From NCBI GenBank assembly GCA_963808235.1, contig CAWEEQ010000002.1:96001-160000 (forward strand): a stretch of DNA of 64,000 nt, written 5' to 3'. A model generated the notes under the pieces. That model was not told where the DNA came from. It saw only the letters and a list, made by a program, of their open reading frames with translations, and ran no database searches. The position numbers and the translations under genes are program-made. This DNA comes from an uncultured delta proteobacterium. Lineage in GTDB: Bacteria; Desulfobacterota; Binatia; Binatales; Binataceae. Shown piece after piece: positions 38,226-48,131 of this stretch. How positions within the stretch are numbered: position 1 is the stretch's first letter; each line of letters starts with the position of its first letter.

Positions 38226-38897
38226 TCAGCGCGGCTTTATCCGCTTTTTGGGCGCGGGCTTTTTGCCATCGGGCAGCGTGATATCGAGGCTTCGCCACAG
38301 ATACCATGCGGCGGCGGAGCGATACGGGCGCCATTGCTCGGCAAGCTTCAGCAGGCGTTTTCGATTGGGCCGCTGACGCATCCGGTAGTAGCGCTTGACC
38401 GCGTTCTGAACACCGAGATCGTCGGCGGGCATCACGTCGGGACGGCCGAGATTGAACATCATGAAAATCTCGGCGGTCCATTTGCCGATGCCTTTCACGC
38501 GGGTGAGATCGGCGACGATTTCCTCGTCCTGCATGCGATGGAAGCGATGAAAATTGAGCTTGCCGTCCCTGACGTGCGCGGCGAGGTCCTTTATGTAGAG
38601 CGCCTTTTTTTCCGAGAGGCCGACGCTGCGCAGTTCCGCGGTTGACTTGGCGAGCACATCCTCGGGCAAAGGGAAGCCGGGGCCGGGAAATAATCCCACG
38701 AAGCGGTTGTAGATAGCGTTGGCGGCGGCGCCGGCGAGCTGCTGGAAAATGATCGCACGCACGAGAGCCTGGAAGCGTTCGATTCGGGGGATGATTCCCA
38801 GGGTGCCGACCTCGGCGATGATGCGCGCCATGATTGGGTCGGTCTTGCTAAGATGCAATCGCGCGGAGCGTGCGTAAGGGACTCTGGCAGTTGGCAT
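38226..38897 (-). CDS. DNA-3-methyladenine glycosylase II (AlkA/HhH-GPD family)
   Basis: IIFQQL, VKGIGKWTAE, RPDVMPADDLG, WRPYRS-x-AAWYLWRS. Confidence 0.92.
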   Translation of the reverse strand: MPTARVPYARSARLHLSKTDPIMARIIAEVGTLGIIPRIERFQALVRAIIFQQLAGAAANAIYNRFVGLFPGPGFPLPEDVLAKSTAELRSVGLSEKKALYIKDLAAHVRDGKLNFHRFHRMQDEEIVADLTRVKGIGKWTAEIFMMFNLGRPDVMPADDLGVQNAVKRYYRMRQRPNRKRLLKLAEQWRPYRSAAAWYLWRSLDITLPDGKKPAPKKRIKPR

Positions 38898-38988
38898 TTG
38901 AACTGAAACCGCGGTTCGCCGAATCTTGCACGCCTGCTAAGGTTGATCAATCGCGCGCAAGGATATGCTCGGAAGGAAACCAGAAGCG

Positions 38989-39438
38989 ATGAGCGACGAC
39001 ACGCGACTCCTGATGTGTCCCGAGAATCTCCACGAAGGGATGCGGCTGGGGCCGATTCACTACGTTGTGATGCCGGAGCGGGCGCGTGCGTTCGCGAATG
39101 CGGTTGGCGCGAAGAATCGTGCTTTCATTCCCGACCCGGAGACTGATGAGGCGCTCGCGTCGCCGACGATGCGCCTGCAGGATTATGCGCTCCTCATCGC
39201 CGCTCATCTGAAAGGCGGGAAGGGAGGAGTGCACGCGAAGCATTGGTGCGAGTTTCACGAGCCGATGCTCGTGGGGCAGGCGATAAAAACCGAAGGCAAG
39301 ATCACGGCGGCGTTTCGCCGTCGCGGAAAATTCTACTTCACGCTCGAATATGAATCGCGCGACGCGGTGACAGGCCGACTGTTGGTCAGGCAGGCGATCA
39401 CCTCGGTGCTGCTGAACGACAAGGGAGAGATGCAATGA
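38989..39438 (+). CDS. Hotdog-fold (MaoC N-terminal/HadA-like) protein
   Basis: FANAVG, ASPT, VHAKHWCEFHEPMLVG, RRGKFY; alternative start 38965. Confidence 0.7.
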   Translation: MSDDTRLLMCPENLHEGMRLGPIHYVVMPERARAFANAVGAKNRAFIPDPETDEALASPTMRLQDYALLIAAHLKGGKGGVHAKHWCEFHEPMLVGQAIKTEGKITAAFRRRGKFYFTLEYESRDAVTGRLLVRQAITSVLLNDKGEMQ

Positions 39439-39872
39439 GCGCGGCGCCGGTTGAGATTCGCGTCGGTGCGGAAATTGTTTCGCAGCCGTACGTGCTCGAC
39501 GCGGCGGCCGCGAAGGCATATCGCGAAGGTGTTGAATCGCCGCCGCGGCGCGCCTCGCGACGCAGCATCCACGATGACAAAGATGCGGCGCGCAACGCTG
39601 GATTTGTCGCGCCGATCGCGGCGGGAGAGCATACGATCGCGGTGATCGCGCAATTCCTGGCGGATATCTTTGGGATGAAGTTTGTGCGTGGAGGACGGAT
39701 CGAGGTGGCGCTGACAAAGCCCGTGCTGTTCGGCGATGTTTTGATTTCACACGCGCGAATCGAGAGCGTCGATCAAGACAGCGAACGAGCCGAGCTGAAG
39801 ATTCGAGTCGAGAATCAACGCGGCGAAGAAGTGCTGGCAGGCAGCGCCGCGATCAAGATGAGGGAAGAATGA
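39435..39872 (+). CDS. MaoC-like dehydratase
   Basis: IHDDKDAARNAGFVAPIAAG, KPVLFGD, VENQRGEEV. Confidence 0.8.
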   Translation: MSAAPVEIRVGAEIVSQPYVLDAAAAKAYREGVESPPRRASRRSIHDDKDAARNAGFVAPIAAGEHTIAVIAQFLADIFGMKFVRGGRIEVALTKPVLFGDVLISHARIESVDQDSERAELKIRVENQRGEEVLAGSAAIKMREE

Positions 39873-40903
39873 GCGCGGAGCCGATAGCGGATTCGAGCGC
39901 CGCACCGCGCGACGAGATGCCCGCGCCTCGCGCGACGCCGCTCTGGCGCAAGCTGATTCCGTATCTTGGCACGGTCGCGATTTTCGCGCTGATCTTCTGG
40001 CGCATCCCGATTCGCAAAGTCGAGCAAGCGCTGTCGCAAGTGCCGGTGCTCGAGTTCCTGGCGGTGTTCATGCCGTACTCGCTGTTCTACTGCGCGATCG
40101 ATTCGGCGTGCCTCACCTGGGTGGTGCGCCGCTTCAACGCGCGGATGCTCTATCGGGACATCCTGCCGATTCGCGCCAGCATGTACGTGCTGGCGCTGAT
40201 TAACACGAGCCTCGCACAGGGCGGCGTCGCGTATTACCTGCATCGAAAAGCCGGCGTCACCTTCCTGAGCGCGCTGAGCTCGGTGCTCTTCATCGCGTTG
40301 CTCGAAATCTATCAGCTCTTTCTGTTCTCGACTCTCGGGGTGATCTTTTACACGCCGGTCGGCGACGCGCAGATGCGAATAGTGGGAATTCTGCGCATCG
40401 TATACATCGTGGCGTGGATGCTGCTGGCATCGATCATCACGTTCTTTGCGGTCGCGCGGCGAAGCGACCGGATTCGGAACTGGGTCGAGACGGGAAGAGC
40501 GGGCGCGATCCTTGCCACCTTCATGAGGGCGCGTCCGCTCGACTACCTGGCCGTGCTGGCAATCAAGGCGCCGACCTTTCTCGCCTCGGTGGTCGCGCAA
40601 TATTACGCGCTTGCTCTGTATGGAATCGCGGTGCCGTTCGTGAAGCTGATGCTGTTTCTGCCGCTGGTGTTCCTGGCGGCTGCGCTGCCGATAGCAGTGG
40701 CGCATCTCGGCACCAGCCAGGCGGCATGGCTGCTCTTCTTCTCGAGCAACGCGTCGCCAGTGAAGATCGTCGCCTACAGCCTCGCGGCACAACTCACGTT
40801 CATGCTGTGCAACGCGCTGATCGGACTGGTGTTCCTGCCCCGCGCAAGCCGCGAGCTGACCGAACTGCGCGCCGAACCCGCAAGCACCAGCGCGAGTGCG
40901 TGA
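39869..40903 (+). CDS. Lysylphosphatidylglycerol-synthase TM (flippase-like) domain membrane protein
   Basis: About 8 TM segments; LPIAVAHLGTSQAAW resembles the LPI-x2-G-x-G-x2-E motif of the family. Confidence 0.7.
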   Translation: MSAEPIADSSAAPRDEMPAPRATPLWRKLIPYLGTVAIFALIFWRIPIRKVEQALSQVPVLEFLAVFMPYSLFYCAIDSACLTWVVRRFNARMLYRDILPIRASMYVLALINTSLAQGGVAYYLHRKAGVTFLSALSSVLFIALLEIYQLFLFSTLGVIFYTPVGDAQMRIVGILRIVYIVAWMLLASIITFFAVARRSDRIRNWVETGRAGAILATFMRARPLDYLAVLAIKAPTFLASVVAQYYALALYGIAVPFVKLMLFLPLVFLAAALPIAVAHLGTSQAAWLLFFSSNASPVKIVAYSLAAQLTFMLCNALIGLVFLPRASRELTELRAEPASTSASA

Positions 40904-40913
40904 TGGTTAATCG

Positions 40914-42515
40914 CTACCGTGGATGCGGAGACAGCCAGACGTGCTCGAAGCGGGTCGGACGCATCGGATTGATCACGTAATCGTTCACCCAGGGCTGACG
41001 GATTATGTAGGTGACCGGGTAGTAGAGAAAAACCCACGGCGCGTCGGCGACGACAATTTTTTCGGCTCGGTCGTAAAGAGCATAGCGCTTGTTCAAATCC
41101 GCTTCGGGAGAGGCCTCATGCAGCAGCTTCTCGACGTCGGGGTTCGAGTAAAAGGTATCGTTGTTCGAGCCCCATTGCGCGCGCGAGAGCAGAGCGCCGA
41201 GAAAGTTTTCGGGGTCGGGAAAGTCGGCCTCCCATCCCTGCATGAAAGACTGCGCCGTATGTGGCTGGCGGACCGCTTCGAGAAACGGTCCCCATGCGAT
41301 CGGTTTCAGCTCGACGTGGATTCCGAGCGGCGCGAGGTCTTGCTGAATCGACTGCGCGAGCATGAGGACGGTCTGGTCGGCGCGCATCCAGATTTCAAAT
41401 GTGAAACCGCCGCCGAGGTGAGCCTCTTCGAGCAGCGCGCGCGCCTTGGCGGGATCGTAATCGTAGCCCTTCAAGCTGGCGTCGTAACCGGGCAGGTTCG
41501 GAGGCATCACGCCTCGCGCGACGATGCCGCGCCCGTTCAGGAGCGCGATCAGCTTGTGCCGATCGATCGCATAGCTTAACGCGCGGCGCACCCGAACGTC
41601 GGTGAACGGCCACATCTGGCAATTCATCCCGAGATAGCGCGTGGTGACGGTGGTCTTGGCGAGCGTGAGTTTTCGGAGCGCGGGAGTTTTCATCACATAT
41701 GGAAACTCGGCCGGCGGGATATCGATCACCGCGTCGATCTGGCCGGCGTCGAAGCGGAGCCACTGAAGCTCCTGGTTGACGCCGACGGATTCGACGATCG
41801 CGTCAAGACGCGGCAAGGGTTTGCCGAAGTAATACGGATTTCTGACCAGCACGAGACGTTGGCCGCCGATCCATTCCTTGAGCATGAAGGCGCCGCTGCC
41901 GACGACGTGACTCGAGAAATCATCGCCCCACTTTTCTGCGACATCGCGAGGAATCGCCGACGCGAAAGGCATCGCGAGTTTGTGCGCGAAGATCGGGTCG
42001 GGCGCGCGCAAATGAAAAACGATCGTCCATGAGTCGGGCGTGAGGATTCCAGCGAGATGCGCGGCGCGATGCGCGATGAAGTCGGCCGAGCCGTCGATAC
42101 CGCGGTAATACTCCATGCCCTTCGAGCGGGTAGCGGGATTGAGTACGCGTTCAACTCCGAAGCGGAAGTCGTCACTGGTTACGGTGCGGCCGTCGGAGAA
42201 GCGCGCATCGCGGCGCAGGTGAAAGGTGAACACGGTCGCGTCGGGAGATGATTCCCAGCTGGTTGCGATATCGGGTTCGAGCTCGATATTGCCGTCGCCG
42301 TAGCGAACCAATGTGTCGAAAATCGCCTGCTCGAAGGTCCACGACACGGTGTCGTATCCGGCGGCCGGGTCGAGAGTGGGTATATCGTCGGCGTCGGCGA
42401 GGCGCAAGATCATCGCGCCGGCAGGCAGTTTGAGCGGTGGCGGTCCGCCGCCGCATCCTGAAGCGATACAAATCGCGACCAGACAGAGCACGAGCGATGC
42501 GCATGCGCGCTTCAT
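40914..42515 (-). CDS. Peptide/nickel ABC transporter substrate-binding lipoprotein (SBP family 5)
   Basis: Lipobox IASGC, TLDPA, FHLR-x3-FSDG, DVRVRRAL, GWEADFPDP; start at MKRACAS. Confidence 0.92.
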   Translation of the reverse strand: MKRACASLVLCLVAICIASGCGGGPPPLKLPAGAMILRLADADDIPTLDPAAGYDTVSWTFEQAIFDTLVRYGDGNIELEPDIATSWESSPDATVFTFHLRRDARFSDGRTVTSDDFRFGVERVLNPATRSKGMEYYRGIDGSADFIAHRAAHLAGILTPDSWTIVFHLRAPDPIFAHKLAMPFASAIPRDVAEKWGDDFSSHVVGSGAFMLKEWIGGQRLVLVRNPYYFGKPLPRLDAIVESVGVNQELQWLRFDAGQIDAVIDIPPAEFPYVMKTPALRKLTLAKTTVTTRYLGMNCQMWPFTDVRVRRALSYAIDRHKLIALLNGRGIVARGVMPPNLPGYDASLKGYDYDPAKARALLEEAHLGGGFTFEIWMRADQTVLMLAQSIQQDLAPLGIHVELKPIAWGPFLEAVRQPHTAQSFMQGWEADFPDPENFLGALLSRAQWGSNNDTFYSNPDVEKLLHEASPEADLNKRYALYDRAEKIVVADAPWVFLYYPVTYIIRQPWVNDYVINPMRPTRFEHVWLSPHPR

Positions 42516-43324
42516 TGGGAGCGCCTGCGCAGGAATCCGTAGCCGAGCAGATTGAAACTCAGGACTGCGTAAAAGATTGCGAGACCGGGAAAAGTCGCGA
42601 GCCATGGCGCGGTGCGAAAATAAATCGTGGCCTCTTCGATCATACGGCCCCAGCTTGGAGTCGGCGGCGGCACTCCGAGACCGAGAAAGCTGAGCGCCGC
42701 GTCGAGCAGCAGCGTCCCGGAAGTTCCAAGCGCCGCCATCACAATAATAATCGGCAGGACGTTCGGGAAAATATGGCGTGCGATAAGCCGGCGCGGCGGC
42801 GCGCCAAGGCACAGCGCGCCGACGACGAAATCGCGCGAGGACATCGTGAGCGTCTCGGCCCGGACAACGCGCGCAATCTGCGTCCACGAAACCAGACCAA
42901 TGACGATCAGAATTGTGAGCAGGCTCGGCCGCAGCACCGCGACGAAAGCCATCGCGAGCAAAAGCGCGGGCAGGGAGAGCATCACGTCAGTGAATCGCAT
43001 CAGAAGAAAATCTGTTGCGCCGCCGAAAAACCCGGCACAAAGCCCGATCGCGACGCCGATCGTCATCGTCACGGCCATCGCGGCGACGCTGACCGTGAGC
43101 GAGATTCGCGCACCGAAAATGATTCTCGACAAGACGTCGCGTCCCAGTTCGTCGGTGCCCATCGGAAATGCGAGCGAGGGCGCGCCGGGGTCGCCGAAGG
43201 TCGGCGCAACCACGATAGTAGGATCGTGCGGCGCCAGCCACGGCGCGAAGATGGCGACGACCACCAATAATGCGACCATTGCGGCGCCGACATTCTCTAG
43301 CGTGATGACGCTTCTCGGCTTCAT
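42512..43324 (-). CDS. Peptide ABC permease (DppC/OppC)
   Basis: GTDELGRDVLSR, LSFLGLG, PSWG. Confidence 0.93.
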   Translation of the reverse strand: MKPRSVITLENVGAAMVALLVVVAIFAPWLAPHDPTIVVAPTFGDPGAPSLAFPMGTDELGRDVLSRIIFGARISLTVSVAAMAVTMTIGVAIGLCAGFFGGATDFLLMRFTDVMLSLPALLLAMAFVAVLRPSLLTILIVIGLVSWTQIARVVRAETLTMSSRDFVVGALCLGAPPRRLIARHIFPNVLPIIIVMAALGTSGTLLLDAALSFLGLGVPPPTPSWGRMIEEATIYFRTAPWLATFPGLAIFYAVLSFNLLGYGFLRRRSQ

Positions 43325-44250
43325 ACGCTCTCCGCGAGACGGATCCGCGGGTCGAGATAAGCGTAAAGCAGATCGACGAGCAGATTGACGACGACGATCA
43401 GGAACGCGGAGAAGAGGACGGTGCCCATGATCACCGGGATGTCAAGGTTGAAGATCGCCTCGGCGGCGAGTCGCCCGATTCCCGGCCAGTTGAAGACCGT
43501 CTCGGTGAGGACGACGCCGGAAAGCAGTCCGGCGAGATCGAGTCCGGCAATGGTGACGAGCGGAAGCAGCGCGTTGGCCATCGCATGGCGGAGCATCACG
43601 CGCGCCGGCGAGAGTCCCTTGCCCCGTGCGGTGCGAACGTAATCCTGCTCGAACGCGTCGGATAGGCTGGTGTGCAGCACGCGCGAATAGTAGCCGGCAC
43701 TGCCGAGCGCGAGCGTGATCGTTGGCAGCACGAGGCTCGCGGCGCCGCTGTATCCGCCAAGCGGAAACGAGCGCATCGTTGCGGCAACTGCGATCAGGAG
43801 CATGGTACCGAGCCAAAATACTGGGACCGAGACCAAGGCGAGCGAAATGACCAGCAGCAGGTTGTCCGCGGCGCGGCCGCGATATGCAGCCGCGATTGCA
43901 CCCATGGCAATTCCCAAAATGAGAGAGAGCGCCATCGCGGATGCGGCGAGAATTGCAGTCGCGGGAAGGCGATCGGCGATCAGGCGAGTTACATTTTCGC
44001 GTCGGATATAAGAGCGGCCGAGGTCGCCGCGAAGCGCGCGCTCGACATAGCGCGCATACTGCACGTAGAGCGGCTGGTCGAGTCGGAGCTCATGGCGAAT
44101 CGACGCGAGGGTTTGGGGGTCGGCCTTTGCGCCGGCCATCGCGATTGCGGGATCCGCGGGAACTACGAACGCGATCAGAAACGTTATCAGCGAAGTGCCG
44201 ACTAGTACCGCCGCGCCGAAAACGATTCGCCGGACCACGTAAGTGAGCAT
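43321..44250 (-). CDS. Peptide ABC permease (DppB/OppB)
   Basis: GDLGRS, DYVRTARGKGL, ETVFNWPGIG, LDPRI. Confidence 0.93.
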   Translation of the reverse strand: MLTYVVRRIVFGAAVLVGTSLITFLIAFVVPADPAIAMAGAKADPQTLASIRHELRLDQPLYVQYARYVERALRGDLGRSYIRRENVTRLIADRLPATAILAASAMALSLILGIAMGAIAAAYRGRAADNLLLVISLALVSVPVFWLGTMLLIAVAATMRSFPLGGYSGAASLVLPTITLALGSAGYYSRVLHTSLSDAFEQDYVRTARGKGLSPARVMLRHAMANALLPLVTIAGLDLAGLLSGVVLTETVFNWPGIGRLAAEAIFNLDIPVIMGTVLFSAFLIVVVNLLVDLLYAYLDPRIRLAESV

Positions 44251-44253
44251 CGT

Positions 44254-44505
44254 TCAGCCCGACAGGATCGCGCGTGCGGCAAGTTCGCGTTTCAGATGAA
44301 GCTCGGCGCGTTCGCGATTGCGCCGTGCGCCCGCGCTGGCAGCGGAAAAATCGAGCGCAGCGCGATCCTGGGGCGAGAGAGTTCCGAGCGCCGCGGACAT
44401 TTCCGCAAATAGTTGATCTTCGGCGGAGGTGCGGGAAGCCGCGGACTCGAGCGCGCGATAGTGGGCCAGGAAGGCTGCGAGGGAAGAGTACGGGGCCGAT
44501 TTCAT
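44254..44505 (-). CDS. Small hypothetical protein
   Basis: 83-aa ORF that fills the gap in a co-oriented gene run. Confidence 0.5.
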   Translation of the reverse strand: MKSAPYSSLAAFLAHYRALESAASRTSAEDQLFAEMSAALGTLSPQDRAALDFSAASAGARRNRERAELHLKRELAARAILSG

Positions 44506-44515
44506 GGCAGCGGGA

Positions 44516-45241
44516 TCAGCCGGCGGTCGCGCCGAGTGGAGAGATCGCGAGACCGATCGCATAGCCGGCAGCGGCCGCGCCCATGGCGATAGCCAGAAAT
44601 CGAGTGCCGGAACGCCAGCGATCGCTTCGATGCGCCAGCCATCCTTCGAAATATCCGACCGCGAACAAGGTTAGAGCGGTGGCGATAAGCGCGCCGCCAA
44701 GATCGAAGCGCGGAGTCGTGATGAGCATATATGGAAGCAGCGGCACCAACGCGCCGATCAAAAACGCTACCCCCATTACGATTCCGTCTACGGCGGGGTT
44801 GGCTGCTATCGCGCCGCCGAGGCCGAACATCTTTGCCTCGGCCGTGGAAGTCAGAGCTTCCGGCGAAGTGCCAAGCAGCTGGACGATCCTGTAGGCGGAC
44901 TCGCGGCTGAGGCCCTCCTTGCAGAGTGCGTCGAGCAAACCTTCCCTCACCACATAAGGTTTGCGGACAGCGTCCTCGCGCACGATCGCGAGTTCGGCGC
45001 GCAGAACCTCGGTTTCGGCGCGAGTGCCCAGGTAGGCTCCTGCAGCCATCGAGAGCGCACCGGCCGCGGTCGATGCCAGCGCGGCCAAGGCCACCTGCGA
45101 ATGTTGCGAGACCGCGCCGCTCAGCCCGCACAAGACGCCGGCGGTGGTCAGCACGCCGTCCTGCACGCCGAACACAATTTCGCGGACGCTCGAGAGCCGC
45201 TCGAAGGTTCGCTTTTTATCGGCGGAATCGATTACTGCCAA
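44516..45241 (-). CDS. VIT1/CCC1 family Fe/Mn transporter
   Basis: REIVFGVQDG, GALSMAAGAYLG, FLIGALVPLLPY. Confidence 0.92.
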   Translation of the reverse strand: MAVIDSADKKRTFERLSSVREIVFGVQDGVLTTAGVLCGLSGAVSQHSQVALAALASTAAGALSMAAGAYLGTRAETEVLRAELAIVREDAVRKPYVVREGLLDALCKEGLSRESAYRIVQLLGTSPEALTSTAEAKMFGLGGAIAANPAVDGIVMGVAFLIGALVPLLPYMLITTPRFDLGGALIATALTLFAVGYFEGWLAHRSDRWRSGTRFLAIAMGAAAAGYAIGLAISPLGATAG

Positions 45242-45248
45242 GCTCGAC

Positions 45249-45776
45249 CTAGAACTTTCGCTCTATCGGGCCGCACTCGGCGCCCGGAGTCCAATCGGCG
45301 GGGCAGAGTTGGCCGGTTCGAAGTGCGCGCACGATTCGGAGCGTCTCGACGACGCTGCGTCCGACGTTGAAGGGACACGACACCGAATATACTACGGTGC
45401 GCTTGCGATCGAGGATGAAGGTCGCGCGCAGAGCCGCCTTTTCGTTTTGATCGAATACCCCGTAGCTGCTCGCGAGGTTGCCTTCGTCGTCGGCGAGCAG
45501 CGGGTACGAGATTCCGCCAAGCTCAGTTGCCCACCTGAGATGGCTGTCAACGTTGTCGACACTCGCGCCGAGGACGGAGGTGTCTTCAGCGATGAATTCG
45601 TCGAGCGCCCGGTTGAAGCCGGTGACCTCGGTCGGGCAGACGAACGAGAAGTCGCGCGGATAGAAAAAGATCAGGACCAGTTCTGACTTGATCTTCGCAA
45701 GGCTCGAGCGCGCGATGCGCCCGTCGAGGACGCAGGGAAGATCGAAGGCCGGTGCGGGATCGCCTGGCTTCAGCAT
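45249..45776 (-). CDS. Typical 2-Cys peroxiredoxin (AhpC family)
   Basis: FYPRDFSFVCPTE, RATFI, GRSVVE, LCPADW. Confidence 0.93.
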   Translation of the reverse strand: MLKPGDPAPAFDLPCVLDGRIARSSLAKIKSELVLIFFYPRDFSFVCPTEVTGFNRALDEFIAEDTSVLGASVDNVDSHLRWATELGGISYPLLADDEGNLASSYGVFDQNEKAALRATFILDRKRTVVYSVSCPFNVGRSVVETLRIVRALRTGQLCPADWTPGAECGPIERKF

Positions 45777-45816
45777 CGCGAGTTCAAGTGAGCGCTAGTC
45801 ATATTGCTCAGGTAAA

Positions 45817-46545
45817 CTACTCAATCTCGAAAGTGAGAGAAACCGTCGCCGAAACCGTGACCTCGCCCGGCTCGACCGGAGTCGCGGCGCGAGTTGCGGC
45901 CATCGCCATCGGCATCCGTTGCATCGGAATCGGACGTGCTTCCGCGAGCGTGGTTGCCTTTAGCACTTTGCCGAGTTTCACGCCGAGCGCCGACGCGAGC
46001 GCGTCTGCCTGCGCCTTGGCGTCGCGAGTCGCGATGGTTATTGCTTCGGTACGCGCCTTTACATCGTTCTTGACGGTGAAGTTCAGGTAGTCGACCCGAT
46101 TCGCGCCGGCGGAAATCGAGGAATCGATCAGCGCGCCGACCAGGTCGATCGCGCCGGTCTCGACGATGATCGAGTTTTGCGCGGTATAACCGGTGATAGT
46201 GGGTTTCTCATGACCGGGGCGCTGGTCGTACTCGGGATTCAGCGAGTAGCCGCTGGTAGATATTTTGCCCTTGTCGCCGAGCTTCGACTTGAGCGCCGCG
46301 GTCACTTTTCCGGCGAGCGCGGCATTACGATTCGCAGCCTCCTCCGCGGTCGCGCCGTTAGTCTCGATCGCGACGCTCAGCTCCGCGAAATCCGGCGACG
46401 TGCGCGACTCACCGTTTCCGTCAACGGCAATAATTCGCTGCGCCAGAGCATTTGGCTCGCTCTGCGCCGACGCCGACACCGCAAAGATTGTCAGCGGCAG
46501 CATCAGAATGGCGACCCCGGGTAGTATGCGATTCATCTTTATCAT
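45817..46545 (-). CDS. SIMPL (DUF541) domain exported protein
   Basis: Signal peptide, GESRTSPD, GYTAQN, GAN, PVEPGEVTVSATV. Confidence 0.9.
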   Translation of the reverse strand: MIKMNRILPGVAILMLPLTIFAVSASAQSEPNALAQRIIAVDGNGESRTSPDFAELSVAIETNGATAEEAANRNAALAGKVTAALKSKLGDKGKISTSGYSLNPEYDQRPGHEKPTITGYTAQNSIIVETGAIDLVGALIDSSISAGANRVDYLNFTVKNDVKARTEAITIATRDAKAQADALASALGVKLGKVLKATTLAEARPIPMQRMPMAMAATRAATPVEPGEVTVSATVSLTFEIE

Positions 46546-46663
46546 TGATCACCTTCGGGATGATTGTTCACCTTCGGGCCGCTTGCGGACTAACATTGAT
46601 TCGGGCGGACTTTATCCGGAGACTGTATCAATTGACGATAACCGCGATCGATACACAAGACGA

Positions 46664-48127
46664 ATGGCGCAAAAACCGGACGACAAGAAAGTAACTCCGC
46701 GCAGCGAGGACTTCGCCGCGTGGTACAACGACATCTGCCTCCGCGCGGAACTGGCGGACTATTCTCCGGTGCGCGGATGCATCGTGTTTCGGCCCGACGG
46801 TTTTGCGATTTGGGAGGCGCTTCGGGACGAGCTGGACAAACGAATCAAGAAGACCGGCGCGCGCAACGCCTACTTCCCGCTCTTCATTCCGCAGAGCTTC
46901 CTGAACAAGGAGGCGCAACACGTCGAGGGCTTCGCTCCCGAGGTCGCGGTCGTTACCCACGGCGGCGGCAAGGAGCTCGAAGAGCCGCTGATCGTGCGGC
47001 CAACGTCCGAAACGATCATCAATCATATGTTCTCGCAGTGGATCAGATCGCATCGCGATTTGCCGATGATGGTCAACCAATGGGCCAACGTCGTGCGATG
47101 GGAGATGCGAACGCGGCTCTTTCTGCGCACCACGGAATTCCTGTGGCAGGAGGGGCATACCGCGCACGCAAGCTCCGAAGAAGCGGTGACCGAGACGCTC
47201 ACGATGCTCGAGGTGTATCGGAAGTTCGTCGAGGAGTTCCTGGCGATTCCGGTGGTCGTCGGACGCAAGAGCGCGGCGGAGCGTTTTCCGGGCGCGGTCG
47301 AGACTTACGCAATCGAAGGCCTGATGGGCGACGGGCGCGCGCTGCAATGCGGCACCTCGCATTTCCTCGGGCAGAATTTTTCGAAGGCATTCGAGACGCG
47401 CTATCTTGACGATCAAAACCAGATGCAGCTCGTGTGGCAAACAAGCTGGGGCGTATCGACGCGGCTGCTCGGCGCGATCGTGATGGCGCACGGCGACGAC
47501 CAGGGGCTGCGGCTGCCGCCGACGGTTGCCTCAACGCAGGCGGTGATCGTGCCTATATGGCGCAAGCCGGACGAAGGCGAGAAAGTGCTCGCGGCTGCGC
47601 GCGCGATGTTAGATGCGCTCGAGCAGGCGAACATCCGCGTACGCCTTGACGATCGCGACGGGATGACGCCGGGCTTCAAGTTCAACGATTGGGAGATGCG
47701 CGGGGTGCCGGTGAGAATCGAGATTGGGCCGCGCGATGTGGCGTCGGGAGAAGCAGTGCTCGCGCGGCGCGACAAGTTGGGACCGGAGGCGAAGAGCAAA
47801 GCCTCGATGACGACGATCGTCGGTACAGTCAGCGCGATGCTCGCCGAGATTCAGGCGAGTCTCTACGCGCAGGCGAAGGTCGCGATGATTGCGAACACGC
47901 GTCAGTTCGACGACTACGCAGCGTTCAAGAAACACATGGAAACAGAAGGCGGTGGCGGATTCGCGGACTTGTATTGGTGCGGGAAGCCGGTCTGCGAGAC
48001 CAAGATTCGCGAAGAGAGTAAGGCGACTTGTCGCGCGATCCCTCTCGAACAAAATGATCCGCCGGGCAAGTGCATCGTGTGCGGGGAGTCGGCGCCGGAG
48101 CGCGCGTACTTCGCGAAGTCGTATTAG
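46664..48127 (+). CDS. proS: Prolyl-tRNA synthetase (archaeal/eukaryote-like type)
   Basis: RPTSET, QWANVVRWE, FLRTTEFLWQEGHT, TSHFLGQNF, C-terminal AKSY; no INS editing domain. Confidence 0.96.
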   Translation: MAQKPDDKKVTPRSEDFAAWYNDICLRAELADYSPVRGCIVFRPDGFAIWEALRDELDKRIKKTGARNAYFPLFIPQSFLNKEAQHVEGFAPEVAVVTHGGGKELEEPLIVRPTSETIINHMFSQWIRSHRDLPMMVNQWANVVRWEMRTRLFLRTTEFLWQEGHTAHASSEEAVTETLTMLEVYRKFVEEFLAIPVVVGRKSAAERFPGAVETYAIEGLMGDGRALQCGTSHFLGQNFSKAFETRYLDDQNQMQLVWQTSWGVSTRLLGAIVMAHGDDQGLRLPPTVASTQAVIVPIWRKPDEGEKVLAAARAMLDALEQANIRVRLDDRDGMTPGFKFNDWEMRGVPVRIEIGPRDVASGEAVLARRDKLGPEAKSKASMTTIVGTVSAMLAEIQASLYAQAKVAMIANTRQFDDYAAFKKHMETEGGGGFADLYWCGKPVCETKIREESKATCRAIPLEQNDPPGKCIVCGESAPERAYFAKSY

Positions 48128-48131
48128 GGAA

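Noticed and set aside
46546-46663. T-box or attenuator upstream of proS (also checked upstream of trpS)
   Set aside because: The leaders are too short and lack the T-box consensus and terminator.
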